A stretch of DNA of 64,000 nt from assembly GCA_964016885.1 (NCBI GenBank), contig OZ024741.1, positions 79,174,001-79,238,000 on the forward strand, in the 5' to 3' direction. Source of the stretch: Eledone cirrhosa. Taxonomy: Eukaryota. This document shows positions 57,186 through 64,000 of the stretch, piece by piece (the first letter of the stretch is position 1; every line of letters begins with the position of its first letter). Position numbers and translations under genes: made by a program. The notes under the pieces are model-generated. The model worked only from the letters and a program-made list of their open reading frames with translations, was not told where the DNA came from and ran no database searches.

Positions 57186-57275
57186 TATCTATGTATAGAT
57201 GTGTGTGTGTACCTATGCATGTATGCGTACGTACATACATACATACATACATACATACATACATACATACATACA

Positions 57276-57306
<31 letters not shown>

Positions 57307-57862
57307 GTATACTCATAATCACATACATATACACACACTCAGCGATAAACAGCCATGCATGTACAAACTATTAAACAAATGATGTATGTTTCTATGTGGC
57401 TATAGAAAGAACATATAACAGTACGATCTTAACATCTGCTACAATGCAGCTGTTGCAGGTTGTTTACGCAGCTGTTCTTTCTGCTACCATAACAAATAGT
57501 TTCGTTATGAATTCAGTTGGATTATGTCCCTTGCAATGGTTTAATCCTTACAACTCCCTACGTGAATGTATACAAATGATAATTAAGATGAATAAATAGC
57601 TTTCACACACATACGTCTTCATATATATATATATATATATATATACACATTCACAGACAAACACACATACAAGCACACACACACGCATGTATATATATAT
57701 ATATACAAACACACACACAAACACATACATATATATATACCATAGGTATATATTATTATATAAGTACATATATGTACATATACACGTTCACACACACAAA
57801 TATAGTTATGCCTATATATATATTTATGTATGTAAGCAAATACATATATGTACGTATATATA

Positions 57863-60790
57863 TATCTATCTATCTAAGGCGGGTAAAATTCCCGAGATCC
57901 ATGGACGAGTTCTCTCCAGCGGTCTCTGTCCCTCATTATCGCTGCCATATCCTGCATCTCCAACAGACCAGTGTCTGTCCTTAGGGCATCAACATATGTT
58001 AACCTTGGTCTTCCTCTTCTAGTGTGTCCATGTAGGGGCTCCCAAAGGAGCACTGAGTGCAATGTCAACTCTGGATGTCGGTGAGCATGTCCAGCCAACC
58101 TCAGTCTCCTCTGTGTCACTTTTGAGCTGACTTTTGGGATGCTCCCATACAGCTCTGAGTTTTTCCTCCTCAGTGTATACTGATTAATGTTCAGAGCCAT
58201 CCTCAGCATTCTCGTGTAGCACCCATCCACCATCTGAGTGAGTTTCTTGGTCAGTGTCCAAGTCTCAGACCCATACAGCAGCACAGACTCCACTACAGCA
58301 ATGAAGAGGCGGATTTTCAGGTCTCTACGAAGGTCCGACCTCCACACCGATCTCAAGCTGTGGCACGCCGCCCAGGCCTTGCTCTTCCTCTCAACCACAT
58401 CATCTTCCGTATTCCCAATCTTTGCTCCCAAATACAGGAAGTCCTCAACCAATTCCAGCGGCTTCCCGCCTACATTAGTGATCCCCTCTGGCTTCTCAAC
58501 ATTCTCTACCAGATATTTTGTTTTAGTCTCATTCATTCTCAGCCCCACACTCATCGACACAGTCTCAACCTCCCGCATCAAATCCTCTGCCTCCTTCACT
58601 GTATTTGTCACCAAAACTATGTCGTCGGCAAATTCAGCATCCGATACCTTTTTCGCCCTAACTCTCCTGCTCTGAGCCGGTGCTACAGTAAAGCCAGAGT
58701 CCTGGTGTTTCTCCAGTGCAAGGCGCATACAATAGTCCACTACGATGATAAAAAGGTAGGGAGCCAATGTATCTCCCTGGAGCACTCCAGCCAGTATCTC
58801 AAAGAACTCTGTCATCCCATCAGGTGTAATGACTTGGGCTTTGGTGTTGGTGTAGAGCAGTGATATCAGGTCCACTATCTTCTGGGGATTCCATAAGCCT
58901 GTAAGATCTTCATCAGGCAGTAACGGTCCACAGAATCAAAGGCCTTCCTAAAGTCAATGAAAACCATGACCGCAGGAAAGCACTTTGCTCTAGCTCCCTC
59001 TAATATCCTCCTCAGCATCAGGATGTGACTGGTGGTTGATCTACCCTCTCTGAAACCGTTCTGGTTGTCCCTGAGCTTCTTCTCCATCTCAGGCTGGATC
59101 CTGTTAAGAATCATCCTGTTGAGGGTCTTTGCCACAAGTGACGTCAGTCAGATCCCCCGGTAGTTGTTGGTGTTAGAGAGATCTCCCTTCTTTGGCACTG
59201 GGACGATGTTACTGATCCTCCACTGATTCGGGGCAACTCCTTTCTCCAGTGCCCAGTTACAGAACCCCAGGATGATATCATCAAAATCACACCTCTTCAT
59301 CACCTCTGATGCCACTCCATCTTCTCCATGAGCCTTGCCCTCCTTGATTTTCTTCTTGGCTCTCTGAAGCTCCTCTCTGGTGAAGGGCTCTGTCTCAACA
59401 TCCAGTTCCTCAAACAGCCGCCTGATCTCCCCAGTGCTCTGGGCTGTGGAGGGTGGCTCTCCTAGTAGGGTCCTAAAATGGTCTAGCTATTTCCTCTTCC
59501 TATCCTCGGGCCCCGTTCCCTGGATCTGACTCGAACACCTTCTCTTCCTCCCTGTGATCTCGTTGATGATCATCCAGCTCTCCTTACATCCAGATCTGTC
59601 AACCGCTCTCTCCACACTTCTGATCTTCTCTATCAGTGCCTCCTCTCTGACCTCAGTGTAAGCGGTACAGAGCTCTTCCCTCATCACCTCCACAGTCTCC
59701 ATCCTCTCCTCCGTAGGATCAGCATAGAATTGGTCCCTGGCAGCTTTCAGGTGTTCTCTGGCTGCACACACTTTTGGGTTTGCAGAGCTGACGTGCTTCC
59801 CTTTGTTCTTCTTCTTCGGCACTAGGGTTTCACTTGCTTCCGCCACTGCATTGGTGAAGTGCCCGTACCTCCTCGTCACACTCTCCTCAGTCCATCCAAT
59901 CTCTCTCTCCTCTGACTCTCCACACAGAGCACTAAACCTGTTTCTCACTTCTACTGTGAACCTCTCCTGTAGCTTATCATCTTCCTTGAAAGCTCCCCAG
60001 TCATAGATTGTTCTCCGGGGCTGAGCCTTGCTCTTTCTTAAGCTCACGCGGACCTCACTCATAACAAGCCGGTGGTCACTACCCAGTGTACTGAAATAGC
60101 TGTATGGTTCCGTGTTCAGAACACTATTCCGCCACTTTTTCCTCACCAGAATGAAATCAATCTGGGACTTGGACAGGTGCATATCTGAGATGTAGGTCCA
60201 CATCTTCCCCAGATTCTTCCTAAACCTTAGGTTGGTCGCCATCAAGTTCGCCTCCAGCAGGGTGTCTCTCAGTAGTCTTCCATTTCGGTTGGTGTTGTTA
60301 TGGAAGTACCAGCAAGGATCTTCACTGCCCTCCTTACTCAGATGTGCATTGAAGTCCCCCAAAACAAGCAGGATATTGTGTGCCTGAGTGGTGTTGACAG
60401 CTCTACACACCTCATGGAACTCTTCCGCATTCACATCACTGTCCCCCTCGGTTGGACTATAGGCTGAGATGACTGTCAGTCTTGGGTTTCCATTGAAGGT
60501 CACCCTCAACACTCGCGGGGAGATAGGCATTATTTCCCTCACCAACAGATTGGTTTTTGCGCTGAACACAAAACCCACTCCTCCTACTGCAGCATTTGTT
60601 GTGTTCTTCACTGCCGATGTAGTGATGAGCTGGCTCTTCCTCCCGATCATCACACTCCTCACGGGCTCATCGTGTAGAATCCTGTGTTCTTGGATCGCAA
60701 GTATCTGTATACCACTCTCCTCGAACAGATGTCCCAACTCCTCTCTCTTCTCCAGCGTTCGAATAGTCCTCACATTCAAAGTGAGGAGAC
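57863..60790 (-). mobile_element. Near-full-length RTE-superfamily LINE (APE + RT) with a few stops/frameshifts
   Basis: APE: NVRT, QEHR, YSPT, GDFNAH, QIDFILV, SDH. RT: NYRGI, QNGFR, FIDFRKAFDSV, GVLQGDTLAP, FADD, FLYLG. (TAGA)n tail. Confidence 0.95.
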
Positions 60791-60825
60791 AGTCCTGTCG
60801 GACGCCTAGTCACGTGTGGAACTAG

Positions 60826-62975
60826 TCGCACATTGTGCCTTGGACAAATACCGCGCTTGAGGCTTTCGCGTACAGCTGTTGTATGGTGTGGATGATATTT
60901 TGGCCTATGTTATATTTCTTTGTGGTCGCCCATTGCGCATTGTCTAAAGCTTTGATGAAGTCGACGAATACGTGGTAAAGATCCTATTGGTGTTAGCTGT
61001 ATTTCTCGCATAGAACTCAGATAGAAAATCTGATCTGTGGTGCTCTTTCCGCAACGGATATAAGCCTGCTCTTCCGAAATTATTTCCTCTTCTTATTACA
61101 TCAGCATGTTCAGTATGACTTTTAGAATCACTTTGCTTGCGTGGTTGATAAAATTCATGGTTCTATAATGTTGGCACTGTTGTAGATTGACTTTCTTGGG
61201 AATTGTGATAATAAGTGACTGAGTCAACGGTGCTAGCCACTCTCCAGTCGACCGGATTTTGTTGGAAATTCTCGTGAAAACGTCTGCCACTGCCTCTCCA
61301 CCATGCTTTATCAATTCTGCTGGAATGTTATCTGTACCAGCTGGTTCTACAATTTTCAGCGATTTTATTGCTGCATCCGCGTATTCACTCAGGATTAAGA
61401 AGTCATTCTCGTTTAAGGATTCCTCATTGATAAGCACGCTGGATTCTTCATAGGTCTGATGGCTGTACAACTCTGAGTAGTATTCTGTTCATCTCTTCTC
61501 TTGGTGATGTCTTGTTCTTCCATGGGGCATCTTGGATCGTCCTGACTCTTGAGTGTCTCTGTTTTGTGAGATCTTTCACAATTTGAAAGGCCCTCTTGTT
61601 GTTCATGTTCAGGAACTTTATCATCTCTGTACCCTGCTTCTCTATCCATTCTTCTTTGGCCTACTTCGTCCCTTTCCTAATTTTCTTATTGATTTCGTTG
61701 TAATTTGGTGCTCCAGTTGTATTCTTGGACAGTTTTAGTTTTCTTCTTGTATAAGACAATTTAAGAACTTCTGTAACCCAAGGCTGAGATTTCCTGTGGT
61801 ATTTCCCTAAGATGTCATTTGCTGACTTTGTCGTCACCGCGTGGAACTTTGCTATCATCATTTCAGCATCTTCTTCGAATGTGAGTTGAGTTGCAAATTT
61901 TCCTATAAGCAGTTGCTTGGAAGGACTCGGCGATGGTGGGGTCCTTCAGCGTCCATGTTGAACTTTAGTCTGGTGTTCTTGCGATTCTTGATCTTCTTCA
62001 GTCTAACTCTGAAGTTCAGCAACACCAAGTCATGGTAATTCCATATATCTGCACCTAGGAAAGTTCTTGTTCTGCTCCTGCTGATTCCAAACCGAAACAG
62101 TTCTTCACCATAATGTAGTCAATTTGGTGGTGTGTTCCAATGAGACAGTGCCAGGTCCAGCGGCGTTATACCTTGTACTCAGCAAGGCTTTTAGCAAGCA
62201 CCATATCATAGTAACTAGCGAATTCAAGCAGGCGAGGTCCTCGCTCACTGGTTACAGCATTACTGGAGTGTCCACAAAATTCCCGCCAGTCTTTCATTGC
62301 ACCCTTGCCAACCTTGATGATAAGTATATTTTTCTTATTAACCTTGTCGGTGATGTTCTATAGCTTTGTGTAGAATTCCTCGATCTGATCATCCTCATAG
62401 CCCGTTGTTGGTGTGTAGGCCTGTACAAGTGTAACGTGGAATGGCGCTGCTCGAAGGCAGATGGTGATGAGCCTGCTGGATACTAGGCGGCACTCGAGTA
62501 CAGCGTACTTGATGTTCTAGTTGACAAGAAAACCTACCCATGCGCAGGTTTATCGAGTTCACCACTGTAGTCGAATTCATGTCCTTCACGGTAAGGCGTT
62601 GACCAAAATATTCCCATCTAACTTCACAGAGTCCCACGGTGTGTCAGTTGTATCTCTCCAGTTCGTGTGCGAGTTCTTGCAGTTTGCCATGTTGGACAAC
62701 TGTTCTCACATTTAATATGGCAAATGTGATGTTCTTCATGCAGATATTTTTCGACGAGATTTCAGTTGCATATTTAATACTTCCGCCCTCATGTACGTCT
62801 TCACGCAGGACTAAGATATCATCCTCGTTTTACGATTCCTGACTGATACGTACGCTGGGGTCTTCATAGGTCTGATGGCTATAGAACTCTGAGCAGTATT
62901 CTGTCCATCTCTCGGGGATGTCTAATTCTTCCGTGAGGCACTTTCCTTGCTTGTCTTGGATGTTGCTGATTCAGA
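60826..62975 (-). mobile_element. Older RTE/BovB-like LINE remnant (APE + RT N-half), plus second fragment at ~62858-62975
   Basis: GLCEVRW, NQIDYIMV, GTDNIPAELIK, IITIPKKVNLQQCQHYRT..HASKVIL, YHVFVDFIKALD; many stops. Confidence 0.85.
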
Positions 62976-63412
62976 TTAGTGTATTTTTTCTCCATCTAAG
63001 ATGATATCCATATGTGACACTTAACTTTCAGATTTCAAAATTTCGTCTGTTACGTACAGAATGAAAAGAAACAGTAGGAAGAGATCCCTTATAGCCATAC
63101 ATAAAGAATTCAAAGTAACGTTATGGGGTTTTATTTAAATAAAACGAAAGATACGGAACGGCCAAAATACATCTGTTACAAGTTTTAAGAAAAACATGAT
63201 ACTGTAATACATATGATTATAATACCTTATTCATTTATTGGTGGTTGTGTATATAGCAATTCTGAATATCTTTACATAGAGATAATGTTGCCATTTTAAT
63301 ACCTCTATATAGAGGTATTGATGTTTAACTGTTTAACATATTTATTTAACTATATATCATTATATAGGGGCATTAACAATCATATAGGATGTCACATGCT
63401 ATACTTTGCATG

Positions 63413-63463
<51 letters not shown>

Positions 63464-63774
63464 GTGCGTGTGTCAGTGGGTGCATGTATGTATGTATGTA
63501 TGTATGTATGTATGTATGTATGTATGTATGTATGTATGTATGTATGTATGTTCTTCTGGTTTTATAATTTCACAAAGTTTTACCAATGGAGGGTGAGTCG
63601 GTTTCTAACAAAGACACAAAACTCTCTAATTGGAAATTACACAACATCAACTAGGTATATATGTATGTATGCATGTGTAGATATGGATGTTATTGTATGT
63701 GTGGATGTGTATGTTTTGAGTTGTATGTGTGGATGTGTATATGCCTTGCATCTGTACATGTGTATATGCAGTTA

Positions 63775-64000
63775 TTAGATGCAAAATTTTGGTAATGTTT
63801 TGCATATGTTTACTGTTCCATTAATGGATTGTTCTTGTAATTTCCTAACTAGTTGTGTTCCTGTGATTTGTATTGAGGCAGTTACTAACATACTCCAGTG
63901 CCCCAATAATCACAGGCATAAATCTGAAGGTGTTATCCTCGATGTTAGTTCTGCAGAGTCTGCACTTGTTATCACATCTAGGTGTTTTGCCTGCATCCCT
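63775..64000 (-). mobile_element. RLE-type non-LTR retrotransposon C-terminal remnant (internally deleted)
   Basis: Minus strand: KCRLCRTNIED, FMPVIIGALEYV, LVRKLQEQSINGTVNICKT..stop. Confidence 0.65.

Noticed and set aside
59140-59160. In-frame TGA in RTE RT (NYRGI*LTS) as selenocysteine
   Set aside because: The position is normally Ser, the element has other stops and frameshifts, and no SECIS is evident.

Overview
AT-rich, repeat-saturated eukaryotic DNA. The SINE families and (TA)n/(CA)n density suggest an octopus or other coleoid cephalopod (inference). No host protein-coding gene or exon is recognisable; most ORF-track entries are microsatellite read-through. Recognisable content: an R4/Dong-type RLE LINE 3' part, at least three lineages of Penelope-like elements (PLEs; RT + GIY-YIG), two Helitron remnants, several RTE-type LINEs, an L1/Tx1 LINE, tRNA-derived SINEs and a Tigger-like TIR. 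The dominant unexplained structure is a set of about 12 fold-back (inverted-repeat) insertions sitting in (TA)n tracts. Their 3' ends point outwards, most arms carry a hammerhead ribozyme (HHR) motif, and the termini are consistently asymmetric: one arm stops at an internal AT-rich/TATA site while the other carries an extra 30-160 nt tail. Several tails share a GAGTGCT motif. About 30 HHR-like motifs can be read by eye, including position-4 core variants, very long stem II inserts, and one circularly permuted ~440-nt retrozyme-like monomer. All calls come from reading the sequence by eye; no searches or folding were run, and boundaries are approximate.
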